Positions 7,571 to 16,376 of a stretch of 64,000 bases of DNA are shown one piece after another (within the stretch, counting starts at the first letter, position 1; the number at the start of each line of letters is the position of its first letter). The DNA lies in IMG/VR virus record IMGVR_UViG_3300034418_006779, positions 1 through 64,000 of that record; one strand, written 5' to 3'. The stretch comes from a virus. The notes beneath the pieces are model-generated. The model was not told where the DNA came from. It ran no database searches and was given only the letters and a program-made list of their open reading frames with translations. A program made the translations under genes and the position numbers.

Positions 7571-8043
7571 TTACTCCAAATAATAAAGGTAAGCTACGAA
7601 GAGATGAGGAGATAGATTCTCCTTATATCCTTTTGGTTGAGAAGCACGGGGAGGTGTTTAAAGAACCTCAAGCTTATAAACGAGATGAGGTAGAGATACC
7701 GAAAGGATCGCATTTAGTGGAGATAGATGTAAAGGAAGATACTTCAGTATGTGGAATATTTAAAGATGAATTAGCGACATTTAATGTCATAAACATGTTC
7801 AAGGTAGCTGACTCTATCCAGTATATGGCTAAAGAGAAAGCAGGCTTGTTACCTGAGCACGAACTTGAACAATTTAGTTATCGTAAAAAAGTATGTAAAC
7901 CCTGCCTAGATAATGGCTCTTGTTTGGTATGTGGCTGTAAAACACCAAACAGACTTTATTCCCGGGCCAAATGTGCAGGAGATAAATATCCAAAACTCCT
8001 TAATAAGGAGGATTGGGAAGAGTATAAGAAGACTACCGACTAA
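7567..8043 (+). CDS. IF3 N-terminal-domain-like protein fused to a Cys-rich Zn-finger
   Basis: RRDEEIDSPYILLVEKHGE...GSHLVEID...SVCGI; C-terminal CKPC-x5-CLVCGC-x11-C; ATG at 7567 (ATGA overlap) preferred over 7540. Confidence 0.55.
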   Translation: MITPNNKGKLRRDEEIDSPYILLVEKHGEVFKEPQAYKRDEVEIPKGSHLVEIDVKEDTSVCGIFKDELATFNVINMFKVADSIQYMAKEKAGLLPEHELEQFSYRKKVCKPCLDNGSCLVCGCKTPNRLYSRAKCAGDKYPKLLNKEDWEEYKKTTD

Positions 8044-8131
8044 TCGTTCTTTCCGACGTTCTTTACATCTGAAGATGCAATCTTGCCCATGACTTGTGGT
8101 AAATAAGGGTGTCGGTTAGTCTTCTTGTGTT

Positions 8132-8209
8132 GGGGCGAAGCTATACGGCATAGCACGGGATACGCCATGGCCCGATGATAGTAAGGTTCGAATCCTTACC
8201 GCCCCTCCA
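8132..8209 (+). tRNA. tRNA-like gene with encoded CCA and an aberrant anticodon arm (possibly Gly-GCC)
   Basis: GGGGCG/CGCCCC acceptor stem, GCTA/TAGC D-stem, TAAGG-TTCGAAT-CCTTA T-arm, U73 followed by CCA. Confidence 0.7.
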
Positions 8210-8220
8210 AGCTAAGCACT

Positions 8221-8781
8221 ATGGAAAATAAGATTTTTAAAGTAATTGAGAATAAACCTAGGATTACTCCTGAGGGACTCAACATACCAGAGTTTAAGAA
8301 ACTATGGTACAATGACAAAGATGGAAGAGAAAAGTGGACTGCTCAAGGTGAGCTTGCATATGTCTATCATATGATTGATCCGGGTTCGAGTTATGCGAAT
8401 CTGGATTACGAGCTTAAAGAAGAAACCATTATACAGGATTTTATTCCTAAGAAGAAGCAAGACTATTGGAAACCTAATGAGTGGGTGATAGCAGCAATGG
8501 AGAAATACAAGAAAATGATAGAAACTCCTGCTGTCAGAATGTTGAACTCAGCTCGAAAATTAGCTGACAAATACGCTAAGTATTTTGATAATATCGATCT
8601 CCAAGAGAGAGATGAAGGAGGGAATCTAGTCCATGACCCAGCTAAGGTTATGACTACTTTAAATAAGATTCCCGATATGATAAAAGCAATTAACACACTC
8701 GAAGAAGAAGTGAGGAAAGGAAATCAAAGTAATGATATTCACGTTCGAGGTGGAAAAGAATTTAGTAATATATTTGACTAA
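8221..8781 (+). CDS. conserved crAss-like protein upstream of TerL (candidate terminase small subunit)
   Basis: Helical protein with C-terminal VRGG; position before TerL; function inferred only. Confidence 0.5.
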   Translation: MENKIFKVIENKPRITPEGLNIPEFKKLWYNDKDGREKWTAQGELAYVYHMIDPGSSYANLDYELKEETIIQDFIPKKKQDYWKPNEWVIAAMEKYKKMIETPAVRMLNSARKLADKYAKYFDNIDLQERDEGGNLVHDPAKVMTTLNKIPDMIKAINTLEEEVRKGNQSNDIHVRGGKEFSNIFD

Positions 8782-10346
8782 TGATAGAAAACGGACAAGA
8801 AGCAAGGAAGAAACTCTTGAATGGAGTTAATATCATGGACAAAGCAGTATCTACTACTCTTGGTCCAAAAGGCAGAAACGTAGCAATACAAAAACCAAAA
8901 GGCGTTCATGTAACAAAGGACGGAGTAACCGTCGCAAGCGCTGTCCATTCTTCTGATGCTGTTGAACAAATGGCTATCAATATGGTTAGAGAAGCTGCGT
9001 CAAACACGGTTAAAGGAGCAGGTGATGGGACCACTACTGCTACAGTTATAGCTAGTGAACTTATCAGACAAGGAATGAAATTGGTAGAAGCAGGACACTC
9101 TCCTATCGAAATTATTCGTTCGCTCAACACTTTAAAAGATAGAGTGCTGTTTGATCTAGACCAGAACGCTACTGACATCGAAGATGATCAGGTTAAACAT
9201 ATCGCTACCATATCTGCAAATAATGATGAAGAAATTGGATCGCTTATTGCAGAGGCTATTGAAGCCGTAGGAAAATATGGAATAATCACAGTAGAGGAGT
9301 CCGACTCGATTCATACCGACATTAACGTAACAGAAGGTATGCAATTCGATAGAGGCTACCTCTCTTCAAGTTTTGTTACAGATCCTAGCACATTAATGTG
9401 CGAACTCAAGAATCCCTTGATTCTGATCTATAACAAGAAAATAACACAAGTAAAGGAGATCACTCCTGCACTTGCAATCGCAGCTAAAAATGAACGACCC
9501 CTTCTCATTATATGTGATGGCATGGAGCATAACGCTCTGTCTACCGTTATTGTCAATTCTGACAGAGGCGTGGTACAGTCCTGTGTAGTACAAGCACCCG
9601 CATATGGTGAAATTAGAAAAGAACATCTTACAGATATCGCAACACTCACAGGAGGTAAGTTCATAAATACAGATGAGGCAATGAACGTAGCCAATGTAGA
9701 TCTCCAGATCCTAGGCTCTTGTTCAGCAGTAAAAGTAGGACCGAATGAAACACTTATCCTCGAAGGAGATGGAGATGCTGATGCAATCGCATATCGCGTG
9801 GCGTCCTTACGTAAACTCATTGAACTGGAGCAAAGCCCATATGAGCAAAAGAAGCTCAAAGAGCGTCTTGGCAAACTTGATGGTGGAGCGGCAGTTATAC
9901 GTGTTGGAGCGTCTTCAAATGTTGAACTTAAGGAGAAGCGTGATCGTATTGATGACGCACTTGGTGCAGCAAAAGCGGCTATATCTGAAGGAGTTATTGC
10001 AGGAGGAGGACTTGAAGCTTGGAATCTCGGAGAATCATATTCAGATCCGAATGATTATGGAGCTATACTCATGGAAGCGGCTCTTAAGAGACCCTTTCGA
10101 CTCATTCTTGAGAATGCAGGACTCGATCCCTACCAAGTACTTTCTAAACGACCGAAGCAAACCGATGTTTATAACGCATTGCGAAACGTATGGGTAGACC
10201 CTATGAAAGATGGATTGCTCGATCCTAAGAAAGTATTGCGCTTAGCAATTCAAAATGCAGTATCAGTGGCGTCAATGATTTTGACGACCGAATGTTTAAT
10301 TTATAGTGATGAGAGACCCGAATTACAACAGGCACGGGAACTATGA
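8781..10346 (+). CDS. groEL: group I chaperonin GroEL (phage-encoded)
   Basis: TLGPKGRNV, VTKDGVTVA, AGDGTTTATV, EGMQFDRGYLS, ELKEKRDRIDDAL, DPKKVLRLAIQNAVSVASMILTTEC. Confidence 0.97.
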   Translation: MIENGQEARKKLLNGVNIMDKAVSTTLGPKGRNVAIQKPKGVHVTKDGVTVASAVHSSDAVEQMAINMVREAASNTVKGAGDGTTTATVIASELIRQGMKLVEAGHSPIEIIRSLNTLKDRVLFDLDQNATDIEDDQVKHIATISANNDEEIGSLIAEAIEAVGKYGIITVEESDSIHTDINVTEGMQFDRGYLSSSFVTDPSTLMCELKNPLILIYNKKITQVKEITPALAIAAKNERPLLIICDGMEHNALSTVIVNSDRGVVQSCVVQAPAYGEIRKEHLTDIATLTGGKFINTDEAMNVANVDLQILGSCSAVKVGPNETLILEGDGDADAIAYRVASLRKLIELEQSPYEQKKLKERLGKLDGGAAVIRVGASSNVELKEKRDRIDDALGAAKAAISEGVIAGGGLEAWNLGESYSDPNDYGAILMEAALKRPFRLILENAGLDPYQVLSKRPKQTDVYNALRNVWVDPMKDGLLDPKKVLRLAIQNAVSVASMILTTECLIYSDERPELQQAREL

Positions 10347-12663
10347 TCCTAAAGTTGCAAGAGTATGGGATGACTATGAAACGTCCCATCTACCTTATGT
10401 AGATCTCATAGACAAATCGATTTATGGCGAACTAACTAACGTTGGAACGCGAAATCCTGTTCAAAATCTTGAATGGGATTTTCTCTATTTTGAAGATACT
10501 AGTGTCTTTTCACCAGCAGCTAACTACTTTACAAAAGTAAAAGAAGAAACTGGCACAGGGGAATATTGCCCCTATCTTGAAGGAACTGTTAACTATGTTA
10601 AGTGGTGGAAAGAAGAATGGAGAAGATGTGTAGAAGGATATGAGGTTGGAGGAGTATGGATTCCAGGTGAATTCTATTTCTATCTCAACTATTGTATCAT
10701 TACGAGAGTAATAAATGAAGAATCAGGAGAAGTTGGGGAATTCTTTCCTCGCTTTCTAACAATGGACTTCTACTGGTTTCTCGAGTTAGATGCCTGTGAA
10801 AATCCAGATAAAGCGATAAATAAGCAACACCTTGCTATGGCGAAGTCTCGTCGTCTTGGTTTCTCATTTAAGCAAGCAGCTGGATGTTCTCACAAGTTCT
10901 TTTTCTTTAGAGAATCAACTTGTATCATTGGCTCTGAGTACGGAGAGAAAAGCCGAAATACATTCGAAATGGCACTGACTATTATAGACTTTGTCAACGA
11001 GCATACAGAGTTCCGAACACCTCTTGGAACCAGAAAAGTATCAGATAACGGATGTATTGTAGTAGCTGGAGCCAAAGTAAAGGTACGAGGAAAAGAGTTC
11101 TTTAGAGGTAGAAAATCAAGAATCATTACCGTTTCGTTCCACAATAAACCCGACGCAGCAGCCGGTTATGGAGCTGTCAGAGTTATATTTGAGGAGAGCG
11201 GTATGATAAAACAGTTCACTAATGCGTGGGCATTTACGGAACCAACACTACGTTCCGGGGCCATCAAGAAAGGAGTATGTATTGCTTTCGGTACTGGTGG
11301 TGATATGGATGGAGCAACACGAGATTTTGCCGAAGCCATGCTAGCTCCACAAGCTAGTGAATTCAAAGTGTACGAAAATATTTATGAGTACACTCCTCAG
11401 CTAGGGAGTTCCGGACTATTCTTCGACGCCTTATGGTTTAGAGAGGGTTCAGAGGTTACCCTAAAAGATGGATCTACTCATGTAGGACTAGACAAACAAG
11501 GAAATGCCATCCGCTGGGTTGCCGAACTTTCGTTAAATGCAAAGCGAATTAGGCTGAAGGATGCTACTAAAAAGGCTAAAGCTACCTTTCTTACTCAGAA
11601 CTGTAAGACTTTATCTGAAGCATTCTTGATCTTAGATGGAGCTGTATTTCCAACTGAAGAAGTATCAGACAGGATTAATGTTCTAAGAAACCAAACAGCT
11701 ACCTATAAACCTTACGTTTATGGTAACTTAGTAGAAACAGAAGTGGGTGTTAATTTTAAACCCGATTTAGAATCAAAACTGCTGCCGATGAACTACTTTC
11801 CTCTAGAGGGAAATGAGTCAATGGAAGAATTAAAAGGGTGTGTAGTGCAATACTACGCTCCGCAGACAGTAGATGGGCAAGTACCAGATGATGCCTATAT
11901 TATAGGACATGACCCATATGCAGTAGAGGGGTCGGTACATATTACATCGGGAACATCCCTTGGTGTAGCCTATGTAATGAGAACGAATAAGTATATAAAA
12001 GAGCTAGGATTACCCGGTGTGATTGTAGCCAGTTATATAGGAAGAGAACAAAGATCTGATGATTACAATTATAATCTTTACAAGTTAGCTAAATACTATA
12101 ATGCAAAGATTATGTTTGAGAACAACCGAGGGCAGGTGAAGCAGTACTTTCAGCATAAGCGATCGCTACACATGCTTTGTCAGCCTCCCGGGCATGTTAT
12201 TGACAAACACATTTCAAAATCCACATCAACCACAAGAAAATTTGGATACACAACTGTCAATAAACAATTTAAGGAAGAATTGATAAGATATGTTATCGAC
12301 TGGCTGCTATCCCCAGCTCTAGAAGGCGAAGGGAAACGACTACTAGATACCATATTAGACGAAGCTTTATTACAGGAGATGCTTCGATTTAATTTCGAAC
12401 ACGGAAACTATGACCGAATCATGGCTCTTATTGGATGTATATTATATCTAGAAAACCACAAAATTGAAAAGACTGTCGCACCCAAGCCAAAACCACTAAG
12501 CTTCTTATCAAACAATCCTTATCTATTTGATATAGAAAAATTAAATCATGCAAACAGACATTTTAAAACACAAAATATCTCAACGCAAAAAGCTCGCCAA
12601 CGACGCCAAATGGGGTCGTCAGTACATGGACCACATCTCCCCGGTATATTTGGGGAATTCTAG
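10306..12663 (+). CDS. terL: terminase large subunit
   Basis: KSRRLGFSFK (Walker A), VIFEESG (Walker B), GTGGDMDG, IIGHDPY and NYDRIMA nuclease motifs, all crAss-type. Confidence 0.92.
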   Translation: MMRDPNYNRHGNYDPKVARVWDDYETSHLPYVDLIDKSIYGELTNVGTRNPVQNLEWDFLYFEDTSVFSPAANYFTKVKEETGTGEYCPYLEGTVNYVKWWKEEWRRCVEGYEVGGVWIPGEFYFYLNYCIITRVINEESGEVGEFFPRFLTMDFYWFLELDACENPDKAINKQHLAMAKSRRLGFSFKQAAGCSHKFFFFRESTCIIGSEYGEKSRNTFEMALTIIDFVNEHTEFRTPLGTRKVSDNGCIVVAGAKVKVRGKEFFRGRKSRIITVSFHNKPDAAAGYGAVRVIFEESGMIKQFTNAWAFTEPTLRSGAIKKGVCIAFGTGGDMDGATRDFAEAMLAPQASEFKVYENIYEYTPQLGSSGLFFDALWFREGSEVTLKDGSTHVGLDKQGNAIRWVAELSLNAKRIRLKDATKKAKATFLTQNCKTLSEAFLILDGAVFPTEEVSDRINVLRNQTATYKPYVYGNLVETEVGVNFKPDLESKLLPMNYFPLEGNESMEELKGCVVQYYAPQTVDGQVPDDAYIIGHDPYAVEGSVHITSGTSLGVAYVMRTNKYIKELGLPGVIVASYIGREQRSDDYNYNLYKLAKYYNAKIMFENNRGQVKQYFQHKRSLHMLCQPPGHVIDKHISKSTSTTRKFGYTTVNKQFKEELIRYVIDWLLSPALEGEGKRLLDTILDEALLQEMLRFNFEHGNYDRIMALIGCILYLENHKIEKTVAPKPKPLSFLSNNPYLFDIEKLNHANRHFKTQNISTQKARQRRQMGSSVHGPHLPGIFGEF

Positions 12664-15118
12664 CCGGTGGGAAAGGAACAAACGGTTAGTCTCTGACTAC
12701 AAGCTTTACAACAATGAGATAGATCAGGATGATTTTGTTAGATGGTGTCAGCCTTACGGAATTGACGTAGGTCAGTACCAAGAGGAGGTAATGCCTTTTA
12801 ACAAGATTCCTAACAAAGCCAATATTCTTATTGGTGAAGAGATTATTCGCGGAGAATCCTACAAACCACTCTTGATATCTCAGAAGGATATTATAGAGAA
12901 GACTGATGAAATGAGAAAACTTACTAAAGAGTATGTAGACTCTGAGATAATGAAAGCTATGGAGAAAGCTCGAATGATGATGGGAGAAATTAGTGAAGAA
13001 GAATATCAAGAACTAGAAGAAAGCTATCGTACACAATATACACCTGAAGATCTCAATCATAATGAATTCCTTACTCAAAAAGAGATCTTTGCTTCTAAAG
13101 TTCTAGAGTACGCTAAATATGATCAGAAGATCAAGGCTCAGAAGAACTTAGGATTTAAACACACTATTATATCTGATATGGAGTGTGTATGGGTAGGTAT
13201 CGACAGAGGTAAGCCAATGATTAAAGTTGTCAACCCTCTAAACCTATTCTTTCAAAAAGGTCCAGAAGTGGAGTATATTCAAGATGGAGATTTTGCAGGA
13301 GAGAGACTGTTAATGACTAGATTTGACGTACTAGATAAGTATGGAGATCGCATGTCAAAAGAAGATAGGGATAAGTTTGAGCGTCCGTTCTATACTAGAG
13401 AAGGCGGCTCACTAACTAAGGCAATTGATCCACAGTTTGAAAAGACATTAGATTACCTTACTCCTAGAGCATTTGCATCAGCAGAGAAACTAGATGATGA
13501 AGGCATTGGACAATACGCTTCTGATTTCTCATTCAAGACAACTCTTGATCTTGTAGAGGTTATGCACGTAGAATGGAAAACTCAGAGAAGAGTATTCTTT
13601 TTGACTCGATATAATGACTTCGGAGACGCTGATGTTAAGATCGTAGATGAGCAATTTCCAATTCCTTCAGAAGCTACTAAAGTGAAAATGACCAACAAGT
13701 TTGGAGTAGACACTATCAGATATGAATGGATGGATCCGCTTACACAGACCCCAGTCTTCGCAGAAGAAGTATGGATTCCACGTATCTGGGAGGGAACTAG
13801 AATTGAAGGAGATATCTATCTTGATGTAAGAGAAAAACCTAACCAGCCAATATCTATAGACGATCCTTATCGTTGCGCGAAACTAGGTTATGTGGGTAGA
13901 GTTTATACGTCTACTAATGCTAAATCTATTTCTTTGTTATCTAGAATGCGACCATTTCAGATGATGTACTTTGTCGCAATGCACCAGCTAAGCAAACTAC
14001 TATCACAAAATCAAGGTAAGCAGCTTATTATTGACCAAGCCCAGACACCCAATTTTGATGACGCTTTTGGTAGAAGCGATACAATGATGCAGCTATTTTA
14101 CCAGTCAAAGGGTTTGATATTCATTAACTCTATGAGCAATAGTCAAGGAGGAGCAATGCCTTCTAATAGAGGTGCTGCTGTAGACGCAGTAGATATGTCG
14201 ACGACAGCTGACATTCTAAATCTTACTGCTCTGTGTGATTGGTTAGATGAGCAAATCGGACAGTCCGCAGGAATATCAAAAGAGCGCGAAGGCCAGATCC
14301 AAAAATACACTAACGCTACTGATAATCAGCAGGCGATAGCCCAATCTTCATACATTACAGAAGTATACTTTAATCTTCATAATGAGCTGTGGGCGCATGT
14401 GATGAATCAATACCTTTCGGTATTTACTACGTGGGCTAAGAACTGGTTCGAGATGAACCCAGCTCAGAAAGAAATGATGCTTCAGTATGTATTAGACAAT
14501 GGTTCTATTCAAATGCTCAAGATAGATTCAAAGTTCTTAGAAGCTTCTGAATACGGAATCTTCATCGAGGTTGGATCTTCAGCAGAAGAATACAAGTCTA
14601 AAATGGAGCAATACATCCTACCTCTGATCCAGAATCAAATGGAAGGTGCAGAAGTAGTATCTGAAATTCTTAAAGCAAGAAGAGATGGTACATCGCCTGA
14701 AAAGATTCACCAAATGATTCAAGTACTGACTGATAAATACCAGCAGCGTAGAATGGAAACTGAGCGGGCTCAGACAGAACGTCAGCAGGAAATGCTTAAG
14801 GCTCAAGAGCAATTGGCTCAACAAGAACACGAAAGAGATCTTGAGAAGATTATGTTGCAAGAAGAACTTCAGAAAGAGCGTGAGATTGCAGTTAATACAA
14901 TCAAAACCTTCTCTTGGAATCCTGATAAGGATATGAACGAGAACAGCGTTCCTGATGTTGTAGAGGTAGCAAACCTTCAACTTAAAAAAGATTTCGAGGA
15001 AAGTAAGCTTAAAATGGACAAAGCTAAATTAGAGCAGCAGAAGAAAGAACATGACGATAAAATGAAGCTCGAAAACAAGAAATTAAAACAAGCAAAATCC
15101 ACAAAATCTAGCAGCTAA
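12548..15118 (+). CDS. portal protein
   Basis: 856 aa after TerL; NKIPNKANILIGEE, VWIPRIWEGTRI, GISKEREGQI; long C-terminal coiled coil. Confidence 0.9.
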   Translation: MQTDILKHKISQRKKLANDAKWGRQYMDHISPVYLGNSSRWERNKRLVSDYKLYNNEIDQDDFVRWCQPYGIDVGQYQEEVMPFNKIPNKANILIGEEIIRGESYKPLLISQKDIIEKTDEMRKLTKEYVDSEIMKAMEKARMMMGEISEEEYQELEESYRTQYTPEDLNHNEFLTQKEIFASKVLEYAKYDQKIKAQKNLGFKHTIISDMECVWVGIDRGKPMIKVVNPLNLFFQKGPEVEYIQDGDFAGERLLMTRFDVLDKYGDRMSKEDRDKFERPFYTREGGSLTKAIDPQFEKTLDYLTPRAFASAEKLDDEGIGQYASDFSFKTTLDLVEVMHVEWKTQRRVFFLTRYNDFGDADVKIVDEQFPIPSEATKVKMTNKFGVDTIRYEWMDPLTQTPVFAEEVWIPRIWEGTRIEGDIYLDVREKPNQPISIDDPYRCAKLGYVGRVYTSTNAKSISLLSRMRPFQMMYFVAMHQLSKLLSQNQGKQLIIDQAQTPNFDDAFGRSDTMMQLFYQSKGLIFINSMSNSQGGAMPSNRGAAVDAVDMSTTADILNLTALCDWLDEQIGQSAGISKEREGQIQKYTNATDNQQAIAQSSYITEVYFNLHNELWAHVMNQYLSVFTTWAKNWFEMNPAQKEMMLQYVLDNGSIQMLKIDSKFLEASEYGIFIEVGSSAEEYKSKMEQYILPLIQNQMEGAEVVSEILKARRDGTSPEKIHQMIQVLTDKYQQRRMETERAQTERQQEMLKAQEQLAQQEHERDLEKIMLQEELQKEREIAVNTIKTFSWNPDKDMNENSVPDVVEVANLQLKKDFEESKLKMDKAKLEQQKKEHDDKMKLENKKLKQAKSTKSSS

Positions 15119-15208
15119 GCAGACCTGTATGTTTAAAACAGGTATGTTATAGATGTGCAAAATAACCACAAAACCAAATTTTTAAAATATTTTTTTAATA
15201 AATACATT

Positions 15209-16354
15209 ATGGATAATAACAACCCAAAGTTTGGATTTGAGATGGTAGATGACAATAATCCTTTTGGGGAGGGCGGCTTCGCGGTCGAACTTCCCGAGGA
15301 CATGGACATCACACCTCCTGCTGATGATTCTCAAGATCCTCCACAAACGGAGCCTATTGACGAACCTCAGGACCCTCAAAACGTAGCTGATCCTGCCCAA
15401 GACACTCCCCCTGTCGACGACAATGATCCTACTCCTCCAAACGACGACACTCCAGATGATGCTGGAGATTATAGTGATCTCTTCAAAAATCACTTTCAGC
15501 TTTTGCAAAAAGCCGGATTGGTTTATGATGATTCATTGCAATTAGATGAAACAGCATCAAATTTTGAAGAAGTTCTATTAAAGAATGAGATGGCCCGTAA
15601 CAATATGGTAGCCGCTCAACTACTCGAATCTCTACCAGAGAAACTTCGAGCCATTGTAGATTATGGGTTAGACGGCGGAAAAGATCTAGACCAATTTTTT
15701 CAAGCCGAAAAACGCATAGAGGAATTTAACTACGATGTTAGTAAGCCCGAGGAGCAAGAGATTCTCGTTAGAGAGTATCTAAAATCTAAAGGGAATAATG
15801 ACTTCGCAGTGAATGCCATTGTTGACCGCCTTAAGGATGACGACAAACTTGCCGACGAAGCAAACACTGCTTTTCAAACTATGAAGCAGGCTTTTGAACA
15901 GGAAAGACAAACTCTTTTAGAAAACCAAAAAACAGCGAAACAACAACAAGAGCAGCGCAATAGAGAAAAGCACGAAGGTGTTGTTACCTATTTAAAGGCT
16001 CAAGACAAATGGACTTCCAAAGCTCAGGAAGAAGTTTATAGCAAGATTTATAAACCTGATGAGCAATACAGTGGTAATTCGTACGTAGGTGCAGTAATGA
16101 GCAAGATTTACGATACCCCCGAATTTCTTGTCCAATTTACAAAACTTATTACTGACCAGTTCGATTTTGAGAAAGGATTCAATTTGGAGAGTACCCAAGA
16201 GACTCAGAATAATATCAAGACTGGTATTAGGAATCAATTAGGTGCTTTACTCCAACAGAGTTCTACTCCAACTAATTACAGTAACAAACAGAAAACACAA
16301 ATTGATTGGTCTAACACAGAAGCGGCTTTACCAGGATTAGACAAATGGTATTAA
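15209..16354 (+). CDS. scaffold-like protein preceding the major capsid gene
   Basis: Acidic Pro/Asp-rich N-terminus then coiled coil; lies between portal and MCP; ATG at 15209 preferred over GTG at 15155. Confidence 0.7.
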   Translation: MDNNNPKFGFEMVDDNNPFGEGGFAVELPEDMDITPPADDSQDPPQTEPIDEPQDPQNVADPAQDTPPVDDNDPTPPNDDTPDDAGDYSDLFKNHFQLLQKAGLVYDDSLQLDETASNFEEVLLKNEMARNNMVAAQLLESLPEKLRAIVDYGLDGGKDLDQFFQAEKRIEEFNYDVSKPEEQEILVREYLKSKGNNDFAVNAIVDRLKDDDKLADEANTAFQTMKQAFEQERQTLLENQKTAKQQQEQRNREKHEGVVTYLKAQDKWTSKAQEEVYSKIYKPDEQYSGNSYVGAVMSKIYDTPEFLVQFTKLITDQFDFEKGFNLESTQETQNNIKTGIRNQLGALLQQSSTPTNYSNKQKTQIDWSNTEAALPGLDKWY

Positions 16355-16376
16355 GCCGTTAAAATTTTAATTAACG

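Noticed and set aside
8132-8209. tmRNA (GGGGC start)
   Set aside because: The acceptor stem closes within 78 nt, there is no G3-U pair or ACCA end, and there is no tag reading frame.
8781-10346. GroEL as host contamination or a chimeric assembly
   Set aside because: It is translationally coupled to the upstream phage gene, overlaps terL, is divergent and lacks a groES-groEL operon context.
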